64,000 bases of DNA from an uncultured cyanobacterium (GTDB taxonomy: Bacteria > Cyanobacteriota > Cyanobacteriia > PCC-6307 > Cyanobiaceae), in assembly GCA_963697335.1 (NCBI GenBank), contig CAVONQ010000018.1, positions 32,001 through 96,000 on the forward strand, written 5' to 3'. Below the pieces are notes generated by a model. It had not been told where the DNA came from. It was given only the letters and a program-made list of their open reading frames with translations, and made no database searches. Below are positions 36,925 through 46,798 of the stretch, piece after piece; the first letter of the stretch is position 1; each line of letters starts with the position of its first letter. A program made the position numbers and the translations under genes.

Positions 36925-38391
36925 ATGTTGCGCCGCTTTCTGCCTGCCCTGGCCACCGTGCCGCTGCTGCTGGCTGCAGCCCCCGCCCGAGCGATCGACG
37001 AAGTGGTGCTGCAGCTGCCCGTGATCGACTTCGGCTTCACCGTGCGGCTCAGTGAACTCGAGAACCCGGAGCTTTTCCTGGCCGGCAGCAGCGACCTGGC
37101 GGAGCTGAACCGCGCCACCAGGGGTGCGGTGGGCCGGCACATGCGGGCCATCTTCGACACGTCGCTGCCGGTGCAGACCCGTGAGGTGGTGAGCCAGGCC
37201 GCCGGATCGCCGCTGCTCCAGCAGCTGCTGCTGGCGGCATCAGCCCTCGGCCAGGTGGAAGGTCTGCCGTTCGACCCCTCCGGTCAGGAACTCACCGACG
37301 TGCTGAACCGGGCCACCACAGACGGCCAGATCACCCTCTACACGCTGCTGCGGGCCATTCCCGGCCAGTCGGTCACCGTGGATCTCCCGGCCGCTGTGGC
37401 CAGTCTGCAGCGGCTGACCAGGCAGCAGAGCCAGGCTCGGGCCCTGGTGGCCAGCGCTCCCCCAGCCACCGTGGCGCCCGCCCGCAGCGCCCCTGGATCC
37501 CGGCCCGTGCGGCGCAGCCTGCGCAGCATGGCCGCTGCGCACCGCGCCACGCCGCTGGAGGTGGTGATCGTGGAGCCCACCACGGGGGCCAATGGCCGCG
37601 TGGTGGTGATCTCCCATGGCCTCTGGGACAGTCCGGAAGCCTTCGAGGGCTGGGCCTCCCATCTCGCCAGCCATGGCTACACCGTGGCCCTGCCGAAACA
37701 CCCCGGCAGCGACGCCAATCAGCAGAAGGCGATGCTCTCGGGCCAGAGTCCCCCTCCCGGGCCCGAAGAACTGCGCCTGCGGCCCCTGGATGTCTCGGCG
37801 GTGATCGATGGGATGGGGGCCGCCAAGGTGGTGGTGGTGGGCCACTCCTGGGGGGCCACCACGGCCCTGCAACTGGCTGGAACTGAACCCAGTTCCAGCC
37901 AGTTGGTGGAGCGCTGTGACGACCTCGCGGACCCGGATCGCAACCTCAGCTGGGTGTTGCAGTGCAGCTTTCTCACAGCCGCCGATCAGGCGAGCCTCGC
38001 TGATCCGCGCGTGATCGCGGTGATGGCGGTGAGCCCCCCCGCCAGCCTGCTCTTCGACTACGGCTCAGGGGTGGGGATGCAGGCCCGGGCCCTGATGGTG
38101 ACCGGCAGCCGCGACTGGGTGGTGCCGCCGGATCCGGAAGCGCTGGAGCTGGTTCCCCAGGCCCTGCGCTTCGGCCACCAGCTCGTGGTGGCCGACGGCG
38201 GTGACCACTTCAACCTGCGGGCTGAGGCCGGCGGCGATGGTGGCCCACTGCGGGGGCTCGTGCTGGCCTGGAGTGACGCCGCCTTTGCGGCGGGCCCTGC
38301 CGCCAAGCCTGGCCCCCAGGCGGCACCTCTGTTGGGCCCTGGAGGCTGGGGCAACACCGACATCCCGCTGATCCTGATGCCAAACCCTTGA
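36925..38391 (+). CDS. Exported alpha/beta hydrolase (DUF1400-like N-terminus plus dienelactone-hydrolase-like domain)
   Basis: Signal peptide ending ARA; ISHGLW, nucleophile elbow GHSWG, DWVVP, GDHF. Confidence 0.85.
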   Translation: MLRRFLPALATVPLLLAAAPARAIDEVVLQLPVIDFGFTVRLSELENPELFLAGSSDLAELNRATRGAVGRHMRAIFDTSLPVQTREVVSQAAGSPLLQQLLLAASALGQVEGLPFDPSGQELTDVLNRATTDGQITLYTLLRAIPGQSVTVDLPAAVASLQRLTRQQSQARALVASAPPATVAPARSAPGSRPVRRSLRSMAAAHRATPLEVVIVEPTTGANGRVVVISHGLWDSPEAFEGWASHLASHGYTVALPKHPGSDANQQKAMLSGQSPPPGPEELRLRPLDVSAVIDGMGAAKVVVVGHSWGATTALQLAGTEPSSSQLVERCDDLADPDRNLSWVLQCSFLTAADQASLADPRVIAVMAVSPPASLLFDYGSGVGMQARALMVTGSRDWVVPPDPEALELVPQALRFGHQLVVADGGDHFNLRAEAGGDGGPLRGLVLAWSDAAFAAGPAAKPGPQAAPLLGPGGWGNTDIPLILMPNP

Positions 38392-38420
38392 GCGAACCTG
38401 CTGGGCCCAGGCCGCGGCAG

Positions 38421-39545
38421 TTATAGAGCGGGGTCGTCGTAGGCGCCCTGCTCGTTCCCGCCGCTGTGGTCGGACAGGGTTTGGCTGGGGACGTCGTCGA
38501 CCGAGGCCGGGTAATTCACGTTGCTGTCGGGCATCCAGTAGCTCAGGTCGTTATGCCAGAACAGCCGACCAGGCACCTGGGCTGAGGTCAGGCGTGGGTT
38601 GCCGGCCATGGCGGATACCAGCTGACCCATCTCGATCAGTGAGAGATCGGTCTGGATGTCATCGCCGGCGATCTGCACCAGTTCCGGCAGCCGGGATAAG
38701 CCACTGGGTTGAACCAACTTGCGAAACACCTCGGAGAGCACCAGCTTCTGCCGCTCCATCCGGCCCAGGTCGCCCAGCTCGTCGTGTCGATAGCGCAGGA
38801 AGCCCTCCAGGCTCTCGCCCCTGAGCAGCTGGGGTCCGGGGTAGAGGTCGATGTAGAGCCCCTGGGCGTTGTCGACGTAGTACATCCGCTTGGGCACATC
38901 CACCTCGATGCCGCCGAGGGCCTCCGCCAGGCGCTCCACGGCCCTCAGGTTCACCCGCAGGTAGCGCTCCACAGGGCGATCAAGCAGCCGCCCCACCTCC
39001 TGTTTGGTGGTGTCGATGCCGCCGAAGGCGTAGAGGGCATTGGCCTTGATCACACCCAGGTCCTGGGATTCCACAAAGGTGTCCCGAGGCACCTGGGTCA
39101 GCTGGGTGATGCCGTCCTTCACCTGCAAGGTGAACATCACATCGGTGTTGTCGGCCACCCGATCAGTGCCGAGCACCAGCACCTGCCGCTGGCCATTGGC
39201 AAACGGGTTCACGAGCGTGGCCAGGTGCTCCTGGGGAGTCCTCAGCAAGGGGCCCAGGGCATGGCTGAGCAGCCGCGGCAGGGGACCGGCCATGGCAACG
39301 CCACAGGCGAGGCCCAGGGTGAAGGTCATCACGGGCAGCCGGCGGCGCTGGCCTGGGGTGTCGTCCTTCGGCAGGACCCCACTGCGGCGCTGCTGGCCCG
39401 GCACCGTGGGGCCGCTCTTCTGGGGGGCTGCGTTCAGGCGCGCCCCATCACGGTTCGGGCCCTTGGTGCGGACAGGCCGGCGAGGAATCCATCGGCCTGG
39501 ACCCCGGGGTTCATCGCGTGGGGGAACCGGTTGGGCCTGGCTCAT
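38421..39545 (-). CDS. LytR-CpsA-Psr (LCP) family protein
   Basis: LVLGTD..NTDVM, VPRDT, KANALYA, LGGIEVDV, RYRHDELGDLGRMERQ; N-terminal TM. Confidence 0.9.
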   Translation of the reverse strand: MSQAQPVPPRDEPRGPGRWIPRRPVRTKGPNRDGARLNAAPQKSGPTVPGQQRRSGVLPKDDTPGQRRRLPVMTFTLGLACGVAMAGPLPRLLSHALGPLLRTPQEHLATLVNPFANGQRQVLVLGTDRVADNTDVMFTLQVKDGITQLTQVPRDTFVESQDLGVIKANALYAFGGIDTTKQEVGRLLDRPVERYLRVNLRAVERLAEALGGIEVDVPKRMYYVDNAQGLYIDLYPGPQLLRGESLEGFLRYRHDELGDLGRMERQKLVLSEVFRKLVQPSGLSRLPELVQIAGDDIQTDLSLIEMGQLVSAMAGNPRLTSAQVPGRLFWHNDLSYWMPDSNVNYPASVDDVPSQTLSDHSGGNEQGAYDDPAL

Positions 39546-39595
39546 GGTGCTCCTGTCGGCCGCACCATAAGGCTCGGAAGCCCTTCGCACCAGGG

Positions 39596-40792
39596 TCAGC
39601 CGGCCACAACACTCACCTGGCCGGCGGCCCGGTCTGCCCGTCGGCGGGCCGCCTCCACGCTGCTGGCTCGGGCCAGGGCCACCCCCATGCGGCGATGGGG
39701 GCGCGCCGTGGGCTTGCCGAACAGCAGCACCTGGGTGTCAGCCTCCTCCAGGGCTGCCGCCACCCCCGTGTAGGCCACGGTCTCCAGATCCCGGTCCGCC
39801 AGGATCACCCGGCTGGCGGCGGGTCCCAGGCTTTCGATCCCTGGAATCGGCAGCCCCAGCACGGCGCGCAGGTGCAGCTCGAACTCGCTCAGGTTCTGCC
39901 CCATCAGGGTCACCAGGCCGGTGTCGTGGGGGCGGGGTGACAGCTCGGAGAACACCACCTCCAGCTCCCCATCGGCATCCCGGCCCGCCTTATGGCAGAG
40001 AAAGAACTCCACCCCGAACAGCCCCGCGCCCCCCAGGTTGTCGGTGACCCGCTGGGCCATGGCCGTCGCCTCGGCCAAGGTACCCTCGCTCAGAGCCGCC
40101 GGTTGCCAGCTGCACTGGTAGTCACCCCGTTCCTGGATGTGGCCGATCGGGGGACAGAACAGGGTGGGACCCTGCCACTGCTTCACGGTGAGCAGGGTGA
40201 TCTCCAGCTCGAAGTGGAGAAACTCCTCCACGATCACCCGGGTGCCCGTGCCGCGGGCGCCCGCCTGGGCGGCGTCCCAGGCCGCCGCGATCTGCTGTGG
40301 TTGCCGCACCACGCTCTGTCCCTTGCCGGAGGAGCTCATCACCGGCTTCACCACCACCGGCCAGCCGAGCGGCTCGGCGGCGGTGGCCAGCTCCGCGGCG
40401 CTCTCGGCGTAGGCGAAGCGGGCCGTGCGCAGCCCCAGCTCCGTGGCGGCCAGATCGCGGATCCGGTCACGGTTCATGGTCACGGCCGTGGCCCTGGCCG
40501 TGGGAATCACGGTGATCCCCTCGGCCTCCAGCTCCGCCAGGGCGTCCACCGCCAGGGCCTCGATTTCCGGGATCACCAGATCGGGCCGGTGGGCGCGCAC
40601 CACCCGGCGCAGGGCATCGGGGTCAGCCATCGCGACCACTTCGGCGTGGTCTGCCACCTGCATCGCCGGGGCCCCGGGGTAGCGGTCCACCGCCACCACG
40701 CGGCAGCCCAGGCGCTGGGCCGCGATCGCCACCTCCTTGCCCAGCTCACCGCTGCCGAGCAGCAGCACCGTGCGGGGGAAAGGACTGGTCAT
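39596..40792 (-). CDS. purT: Formate-dependent GAR transformylase
   Basis: LLGSGELGKEV, KPVMSSSGKGQS, FSELSPRPHDTG, RRMGVALA. Confidence 0.97.
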   Translation of the reverse strand: MTSPFPRTVLLLGSGELGKEVAIAAQRLGCRVVAVDRYPGAPAMQVADHAEVVAMADPDALRRVVRAHRPDLVIPEIEALAVDALAELEAEGITVIPTARATAVTMNRDRIRDLAATELGLRTARFAYAESAAELATAAEPLGWPVVVKPVMSSSGKGQSVVRQPQQIAAAWDAAQAGARGTGTRVIVEEFLHFELEITLLTVKQWQGPTLFCPPIGHIQERGDYQCSWQPAALSEGTLAEATAMAQRVTDNLGGAGLFGVEFFLCHKAGRDADGELEVVFSELSPRPHDTGLVTLMGQNLSEFELHLRAVLGLPIPGIESLGPAASRVILADRDLETVAYTGVAAALEEADTQVLLFGKPTARPHRRMGVALARASSVEAARRRADRAAGQVSVVAG

Positions 40793-40882
40793 GATCCTGG
40801 GTCGTGGGCTGCTGCCGATCCTCCCCTACCCGCCTGCCGCATCCCACCTGCTAAGAGAGACCACCAACAGCGGCAGGGAGCC

Positions 40883-41044
40883 ATGGGCAGCCTGATCGGG
40901 TTCAGCACCGCGGGCGACACGGCCGATGGCCTGGTGTTCGGCTGGGACATCACGACCTTCCAGAACGGCGCCCTGCTCTATCTGGGTCTGTCCTCGCTGG
41001 CCTTCGTGGTGGTGTGGGTGCTGGGCTATCTGCGCAGTCGCTGA
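40883..41044 (+). CDS. Small single-pass membrane protein (53 aa)
   Basis: GGAG before ATG 40883; MGSLIGF...LVFGWDI...LLYLGLSSLAFVVVWVLGYLRSR with a hydrophobic C-terminal helix. Confidence 0.7.
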   Translation: MGSLIGFSTAGDTADGLVFGWDITTFQNGALLYLGLSSLAFVVVWVLGYLRSR

Positions 41045-41055
41045 GCGGCTGTGGC

Positions 41056-41319
41056 TCAGGAGTCGTCGCCAGCGGAGTCCTCGCCACTCCAGAGGGCAAG
41101 CTGTCGCACGGCCGGCTCCTCGCTCACGAAGCCATAGGCCTCGAACACCGCCGGATCGCTGTGGGTGATCCGCTGTCCCTCCGGTCCGAGCTGGAGGCAG
41201 AAGCCCTCGCGGGCCATGCGACGCATCAGCAGGGCGGCCTCCTCAAAGCGGGCGGCCATCGCCTCGAGGCTGGCGCAGTCGGCCGTCAGACCGCTTTCGT
41301 TCCAGATGAAGTAGGCCAT
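41056..41319 (-). CDS. Small hypothetical protein (87 aa)
   Basis: MAYFIWNESGLTADCASLEAMAARFEE...FEAYGFVSEE; just downstream of mraY; host codon usage. Confidence 0.72.
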   Translation of the reverse strand: MAYFIWNESGLTADCASLEAMAARFEEAALLMRRMAREGFCLQLGPEGQRITHSDPAVFEAYGFVSEEPAVRQLALWSGEDSAGDDS

Positions 41320-41360
41320 GGGGAGAGTGGCTGGGCAGCGGCAGGGTCGGGGCAGACGGT

Positions 41361-42461
41361 TCAGGGCAGCAGCAGCAGACCCAACACCACCAGTAGCAGG
41401 CTCACGCCCCAGAAACGGATCACCACCTGCTCTTCCCCCAGCCCCCCCAGCTCGAAGTGGTGGTGCAGGGGGGCCATGCGCAACAGGCGCCGACCCTGGC
41501 CGTCGGCGCCCTTGGTGGCCTTGAACACCCACACCTGGGCGATCACCGAGAGCGATTCGGCCAGGAACACCCCGCCCATCACCAGCAGGGGCCAGAGACT
41601 GTTGCTGAGCAGGGCGACGGCGCTGAGGGCCGCCCCCATCGCCAGGGAGCCGGTGTCGCCCATGAACAGCCGGGCCGGGTGGCGGTTGTGGGCGAGAAAA
41701 CCGAGCCAGCAGCCGGCCATGGCCACGGAGAAGGCCGCCAGCGCTGGATCGCCCTCGTGGCCCCGCAGCATCAGCTGCAGCCCCAGGCCGGTGAACACCA
41801 CCGCACCGCAGCCGGCCGCCAGGCCATCGAGGCCATCGGTGAGGTTGGTGGCGTTGCTCTCCGCCAGGAACACGAACAGGCCCAGGGGCCAGATCAGCAG
41901 CCCGAGGGGCAACAGCCAGCCCAGCGGCAGGGCCACGCTCAACGGTTCAGCCCCGCCGAGCCACTGGCCCTGCCAGGCCCAGAGCAGGAACAGCACGGCC
42001 GCCCCGGCCTGTAGCAGCAACTTGGCGCGGGGCTTGAGGCCTGTGTTGGTGCGGCGGGTGAGGCTGCGCCAGTCGTCGATTGCGCCGATCGCCATGTAGG
42101 CCAGGGTGATCGCCGCCACGGCCAACAGGCGTGGATCGGCAGGGCTGATCAGCCCCCCCACGATCACCCCCACCGGCACCACCAGCAGGCCCCCCATGGT
42201 GGGGGTGCCGGCCTTGTTCAGGTGGGCCTGGGGGCCGTCCTCGCGGATCACCTGCCCCATCTTGAGGCGCTTCAGCCTGGGCACCCCCCATGTGGTGACG
42301 AGCGTCGCCACCAGTGCCGCCACCAGCAGGGGAGCCGTGAGCATCGAGTTGGCGATGAAGCGGTCGCTCGCGAGGCAGGCAGCCAGCAACAGCAGGCCGA
42401 GCAGCACGGCCGCCTGGCGACTGTTGCGGGGCCAGGGAGGTGCGGTAGGGGTCACTGTCAC
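41361..42461 (-). CDS. mraY: Phospho-N-acetylmuramoyl-pentapeptide transferase
   Basis: [46 protein letters not shown]. Confidence 0.97.
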   Translation of the reverse strand: MTVTPTAPPWPRNSRQAAVLLGLLLLAACLASDRFIANSMLTAPLLVAALVATLVTTWGVPRLKRLKMGQVIREDGPQAHLNKAGTPTMGGLLVVPVGVIVGGLISPADPRLLAVAAITLAYMAIGAIDDWRSLTRRTNTGLKPRAKLLLQAGAAVLFLLWAWQGQWLGGAEPLSVALPLGWLLPLGLLIWPLGLFVFLAESNATNLTDGLDGLAAGCGAVVFTGLGLQLMLRGHEGDPALAAFSVAMAGCWLGFLAHNRHPARLFMGDTGSLAMGAALSAVALLSNSLWPLLVMGGVFLAESLSVIAQVWVFKATKGADGQGRRLLRMAPLHHHFELGGLGEEQVVIRFWGVSLLLVVLGLLLLP

Positions 42462-42498
42462 CGGAAACGGTGGCCCCAGTGTCCCTGACGGACTGTCG

Positions 42499-42774
42499 TC
42501 AGTCTTCCCAGGCTTCGTCCTGTTGCTCGTCGGCCTGGTTGTAATCCTCCTTCTCGCCCATCAGCGCCGAGAGCTCCTCCTCCTCCACGGTGCTCACGTC
42601 GGTGGAAGCCGTCTCCTCGTCGGCCACCAGACGGCCACTGGCTTCCAGCCAGCTCAGCAGATCGGGCTCATCGCGCAGGGGCAGCACCGGGGCCAGCTCC
42701 TGGCGGCCGTAGCGGGTGAGGGAGGGGTTGATGCTGTCGAGACGGCTGAGGCTGGAGGGGGAAAGCGTGCTCAT
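42499..42774 (-). CDS. DUF3134 family protein
   Basis: [29 protein letters not shown] with acidic tail; upstream of mraY. Confidence 0.8.
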   Translation of the reverse strand: MSTLSPSSLSRLDSINPSLTRYGRQELAPVLPLRDEPDLLSWLEASGRLVADEETASTDVSTVEEEELSALMGEKEDYNQADEQQDEAWED

Positions 42775-42884
42775 GCAATCAGGCGTCCGGAAAATGGCGA
42801 TGGCCCTGGGCCCGACCGGCTTGGGGTCAATCCAGCATCAGGCCAATCCATTACCTTAGCTGCTGGCGAAGCCAACAGCATTCC

Positions 42885-43145
42885 ATGCCTTTCCCGGCCC
42901 CTGTTGCCGCCGGCACCTTCCGTTCCGTGCTGCGCCTCTGGGCCCTGGCCCTGGCCGTGAGTGCGGGCCTGAGTGCCGCTGGCGAGCGCTGGCCCCTTCC
43001 CCTGCCGGTGGATCCCGCCCTGGTCACCCTGCTGCTGCTGGGTCTGCCCCTGCTGGTGGGACTCTGGCTGCTGCTGCGCTGGCGCCTGCCCGCAGAGCCT
43101 GCGCTGGGGCCCGGGGCAGACCACGGTGGAGAATCGGGCGGCTGA
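42885..43145 (+). CDS. Small membrane protein upstream of argG
   Basis: Two hydrophobic segments; ends 15 nt before argG. Confidence 0.6.
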   Translation: MPFPAPVAAGTFRSVLRLWALALAVSAGLSAAGERWPLPLPVDPALVTLLLLGLPLLVGLWLLLRWRLPAEPALGPGADHGGESGG

Positions 43146-43160
43146 GTACATGGAGCGCTG

Positions 43161-44375
43161 TTGATGGGCCGGGCCAAGAAGGCTGTGCTGGCGTATTCCG
43201 GCGGGGTGGACACCAGCGTCTGCATCCCCTATCTGATGAAGGAATGGGGCGTGGAGGAGGTGATCACCTTTGCCGCCGACCTGGGCCAGGGTGATGAGCT
43301 GGAGCCGATTCGCCGCAAGGCCCTCGATGCCGGCGCGGCCCAGTCGCTGGTGGGCGATCTGATCGAGCCCTTCATCCGCGAGTTCGCCTTTCCGGCGATC
43401 CGGGCCAATGCCCTCTACGAGGGCCGCTACCCGCTCTCCACAGCGCTGGCCAGGCCGCTGATCGCCCGCAGGCTGGTGGAGATCGCCCGGGAGCTGGGTG
43501 CTGACGCTGTGGCCCACGGCTGCACCGGCAAGGGCAACGACCAAGTGCGCTTCGATGTGGCGATCGGCGCCCTGGCCCCCGACCTGAAGGTGCTCACCCC
43601 CGCCCGCGAGTGGGGCATGAGCCGCGAGCAGACCATTGCCTACGGGGAGCGCTGTGGCATCCCCTCGCCGGTGAGCAAGGGCTCGCCCTACTCGATCGAC
43701 CTCAACCTGCTGGGCCGCTCGATCGAGGCGGGCCCCCTCGAGGATCCGGCCGTGGAGCCCCCCGAGGAGGTGTTCGCCATGACCCGCTCGGTGCAGGACG
43801 CCCCGGCGGAGCCCCAGACGATCAGGCTCGACTTCGAGCACGGCGATGCCGTGGCGATCGACGGCGAACGGCTTGACCCGGTGAGCCTGATCCGCCGCGC
43901 CAATGCCCTGGCTGGCCTGCATGGCTTCGGGCGGTTGGACATCATGGAAAACCGGGTGGTGGGCATCAAGAGCCGCGAGATCTACGAGACCCCGGGACTG
44001 CTGCTGCTGATCCGCGCCCACCAGGAAATCGAGAGCCTCACCCTGGCGGCAGACGTGCTGCGCACCAAGCGTCAGCTGGAGCAGCAGTGGGCCGATCTGG
44101 TGTACCAGGGTCTCTGGTTCGGCCCGCTCAAGGACGCCCTCGACGGCTTCTTCGAACGCACCCAGCAGAGGGTGAACGGCTCCGTGCGGGTGAGGCTGCA
44201 CAAGGGCAATGCCACCGTGGTTGGCCGTAGCAGCGCCAACGACAGCCTCTACGTGCCGGACATGGCCACCTATGGCTCCGACGACCTGTTCGATCACCGG
44301 GCTGCAGAGGGCTTCATCTACGTGTGGGGTCTGCCCACTCGGCTCTGGGCCGCCCGTCAGAGGAAGAGTCCCTGA
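43161..44375 (+). CDS. argG: Argininosuccinate synthase
   Basis: [49 protein letters not shown]; start TTG 43161 or ATG 43164. Confidence 0.98.
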   Translation: MMGRAKKAVLAYSGGVDTSVCIPYLMKEWGVEEVITFAADLGQGDELEPIRRKALDAGAAQSLVGDLIEPFIREFAFPAIRANALYEGRYPLSTALARPLIARRLVEIARELGADAVAHGCTGKGNDQVRFDVAIGALAPDLKVLTPAREWGMSREQTIAYGERCGIPSPVSKGSPYSIDLNLLGRSIEAGPLEDPAVEPPEEVFAMTRSVQDAPAEPQTIRLDFEHGDAVAIDGERLDPVSLIRRANALAGLHGFGRLDIMENRVVGIKSREIYETPGLLLLIRAHQEIESLTLAADVLRTKRQLEQQWADLVYQGLWFGPLKDALDGFFERTQQRVNGSVRVRLHKGNATVVGRSSANDSLYVPDMATYGSDDLFDHRAAEGFIYVWGLPTRLWAARQRKSP

Positions 44376-44417
44376 CGGACCGCCGCTGACCTGGCTGGAG
44401 GCCAGCCGCCGCAGAAC

Positions 44418-44777
44418 TCAGTGGGGGTTGGGGCCCAGCCCGAGGGCATGCCGCAGCGCCTGGCCCAGGCCCGCTGGGGCCGGGAGGCTGGCTGGGGCCG
44501 CTGGAAGTGCCAGGGCCTCGGCTGCAGGTGCTTGCAGCAGCTGCTGACGCAGCAGCTCGTTCTCCGCAGCCAGCCGCTCACGGTGGCCCAGCATCGGTCT
44601 CAGCCGCTGCTCAAACCGCTGCTCGAAGATTTCAGGCAGGCTCTCGAGCAGGGTTCGATGGGACTCAAGCTGCTTCTGGATGGTGTCGAGCTGCTGCTGC
44701 AGCGATGCCAGCCTCTGGTTGAGGTCGTCTGCCTGGGGGCTCCCATCGCCGGGAGGGTGGGATGCCGCTTGACCCAT
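44418..44777 (-). CDS. Hypothetical coiled-coil protein
   Basis: Heptad-rich QRLASLQQQLDTIQKQL..LPEIFEQRFEQRL; downstream of rpsF. Confidence 0.65.
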   Translation of the reverse strand: MGQAASHPPGDGSPQADDLNQRLASLQQQLDTIQKQLESHRTLLESLPEIFEQRFEQRLRPMLGHRERLAAENELLRQQLLQAPAAEALALPAAPASLPAPAGLGQALRHALGLGPNPH

Positions 44778-44815
44778 GGTTGCGCTCGCACCGGCGGGGG
44801 AAGAAGGGCCCTGGC

Positions 44816-45175
44816 TCAGGCCGGCACAGGCTGAGGCGAGCCTTCGCTGGCGGCTCCGGGCGCGACCCGGGGAGCCGGCATGGGGCCGTCCTGCTTGACG
44901 GTGAGGTAGCGGATCACGTCCTCGGAGAGGCGCATGGCCCGCTCCAGCAGGGCGACCTGCTGGCCGTCACCGTTGTGGTTCAGCTGCACGTAGATGCCTT
45001 CGCGGTGCTTGCTGATCGTGTAGGCCAGGCGGCGCTTGCCACGCATCTGGCAGTCGAGCACCTCAGCGCCCGCCTCCACGATCAGATCGCGGTATTTGGC
45101 GATGTGGCTCTCCACCTCTTCCTCCGGGATGTCCGGACGAAGGATGTACATCGTTTCGTAGTAAGGCTGCGTCAT
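44816..45175 (-). CDS. rpsF: 30S ribosomal protein S6
   Basis: [27 protein letters not shown]. Confidence 0.97.
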   Translation of the reverse strand: MTQPYYETMYILRPDIPEEEVESHIAKYRDLIVEAGAEVLDCQMRGKRRLAYTISKHREGIYVQLNHNGDGQQVALLERAMRLSEDVIRYLTVKQDGPMPAPRVAPGAASEGSPQPVPA

Positions 45176-45286
45176 GGGATCGCCGTGTCGGGAAAGCCCG
45201 CTCGGGGCAGGGGGAGGGCGGTGGCCGATGGCAAGACGCCATCAGCGACGGATCGTCCAACCTATCAGCGCAGCCGCAGCTCCAAC

Positions 45287-45754
45287 TCAGTAGAGCTGCA
45301 TGCGCACGGCGGCAGACACGGCGGGCAGGTCGGCCTCCTCGCCCCGCAGGCTCTGCACCATCCCGAAGGCCACCAGCACCAGGGCCCCCAGGAACACCGT
45401 GTTGCTGAGGGTGCGCAGGGCGAAGCCAGCCCCCAGGGGCGCCAGCAGGATGCTGAACACCAGCGACACCAGCACCAGCACGATGTCGATCAGAATCGCC
45501 TGCAGCACGCTGAAGCGGATCAGGTAGGGCACGCGCTGGTTGCGCACCACCGCCAGGAACAGCACCAGGAACAGCAGGAAGCCGCCGAAGGGCACCGCCT
45601 GCTGCAGCAGGGCCACCGGCAGGGCCGGCGCAGCGAGCCACTGCAACAGCGGAAACATGACGAACAGGCTGCGCCCGAATTCCAAGGCATCTGCCCAGGG
45701 CAGGAGATAGGCCAGGGCGGCCAGCAGTCGCTGCCACAGCGGGGCACCTTGCAT
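45287..45754 (-). CDS. Tic20/Ycf60 family membrane protein
   Basis: RLLAALAYLLPW, LFLAVVRN, IRFSVLQAILIDI; ATG at 45754. Confidence 0.88.
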   Translation of the reverse strand: MQGAPLWQRLLAALAYLLPWADALEFGRSLFVMFPLLQWLAAPALPVALLQQAVPFGGFLLFLVLFLAVVRNQRVPYLIRFSVLQAILIDIVLVLVSLVFSILLAPLGAGFALRTLSNTVFLGALVLVAFGMVQSLRGEEADLPAVSAAVRMQLY

Positions 45755-45782
45755 GGTGGATCGCACAACGGATGATTGCAGG

Positions 45783-46669
45783 CTAAGGAGTGCCGGCCAG
45801 GGCGCGTTCCGCCGCGGCCCGCATCGCCTCCACAGGCACCGCCTCGCGGCCGCTCCACAGCCGCAGCGCCGCCGCCCCCTGTTGCACGAGCATCTCCAGC
45901 CCATCCATCCCATGGCAGCCGCGCTCGGCGGCGGCCCGCAGCAGGGCGCTGGGGCGGGGCGTGTAGATCAGGTCGTAGACGCTGCAGCCGGGGCTCAGGC
46001 CTCGAGGGCGGCGGCCTCCAGCGGGCAGGCCAGGGCGGCGGCCGGCTGGCCGGGCGAGGCCATTCCCACCGGCGTGGTGTTCACCACCAGCTGGCTGGCC
46101 GGCAGCAGGGCCGGCAGTTCCTCCCAGCTGCTCACCATGAGCTGGGGCGCCCAGCTGCGGCAGGCCGCCAGGAAGGCCTGCAGCCCCGCGGGACGGCGGC
46201 CCACCACCTGGATTGAGCCGCAGCCGAGCTCCACCAGGCCCGCCACCACGGCCCGGGCGCTGCCGCCGCAGCCCAGCACCAGCGCCGCGCTGCCCTGCCA
46301 GTTGCCGGCCTGCCGCAGCGGCGCCAGGAAGCCCTCCACATCGGTGTTGGTGCCCAGCCAGCCCCCCTGGCTGCGGCGCACCAGGGTGTTCACGGCCCCC
46401 ACCCTGGCCGCCAGGGGGCTGAGTTCGGCGCAGAGCGCGGCCACGGCCTGCTTGTGGGGCAGGGTCACGTTGAGGCCGCGGCAGTCGAGGGCCTCCAGGG
46501 CGCCGACCACGGCGGCCAGGCTGCCGGCCGGGGTGGGCAGGGCCAGGTAGATCCAGTCGAGCCCCAGGGCGGCCAGGGCGGCGTTGTGCATCGCCGGCGA
46601 GAGCGAGTGCCGCACCGGATCCCCCAGCACCCCCACCAGGGCCGTGGACGCGGAGATCGGCGGGGCCAT
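45783..46669 (-). pseudogene. aroE: Shikimate dehydrogenase with a 1-nt frameshift near 45998 (true lesion or sequencing error)
   Basis: [52 protein letters not shown], then TGA at 45995; continues in another frame with [19 protein letters not shown] to TAG at 45783. Confidence 0.9.
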
Positions 46670-46713
46670 CACGGGCTCGGGCGGCAGGGGCGGCCCCGGA
46701 ACCGTAACCGCCT

Positions 46714-46728
46714 GTTCGGGAACCACAC
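46714..46728 (+). promoter_or_regulatory. K-box/Rre1-like element upstream of dnaK
   Basis: GTTCGGGAACCACAC versus K-box GTTCGG-NNAN-CCNNAC (spacer 1 nt short), 70 nt before the dnaK ATG. Confidence 0.55.
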
Positions 46729-46798
46729 CTCGCCTGTCACCGTCCCCTCTGATGAGGATGCACGGACGCACATCGAACCACTGCGGAGGTGGACATTC

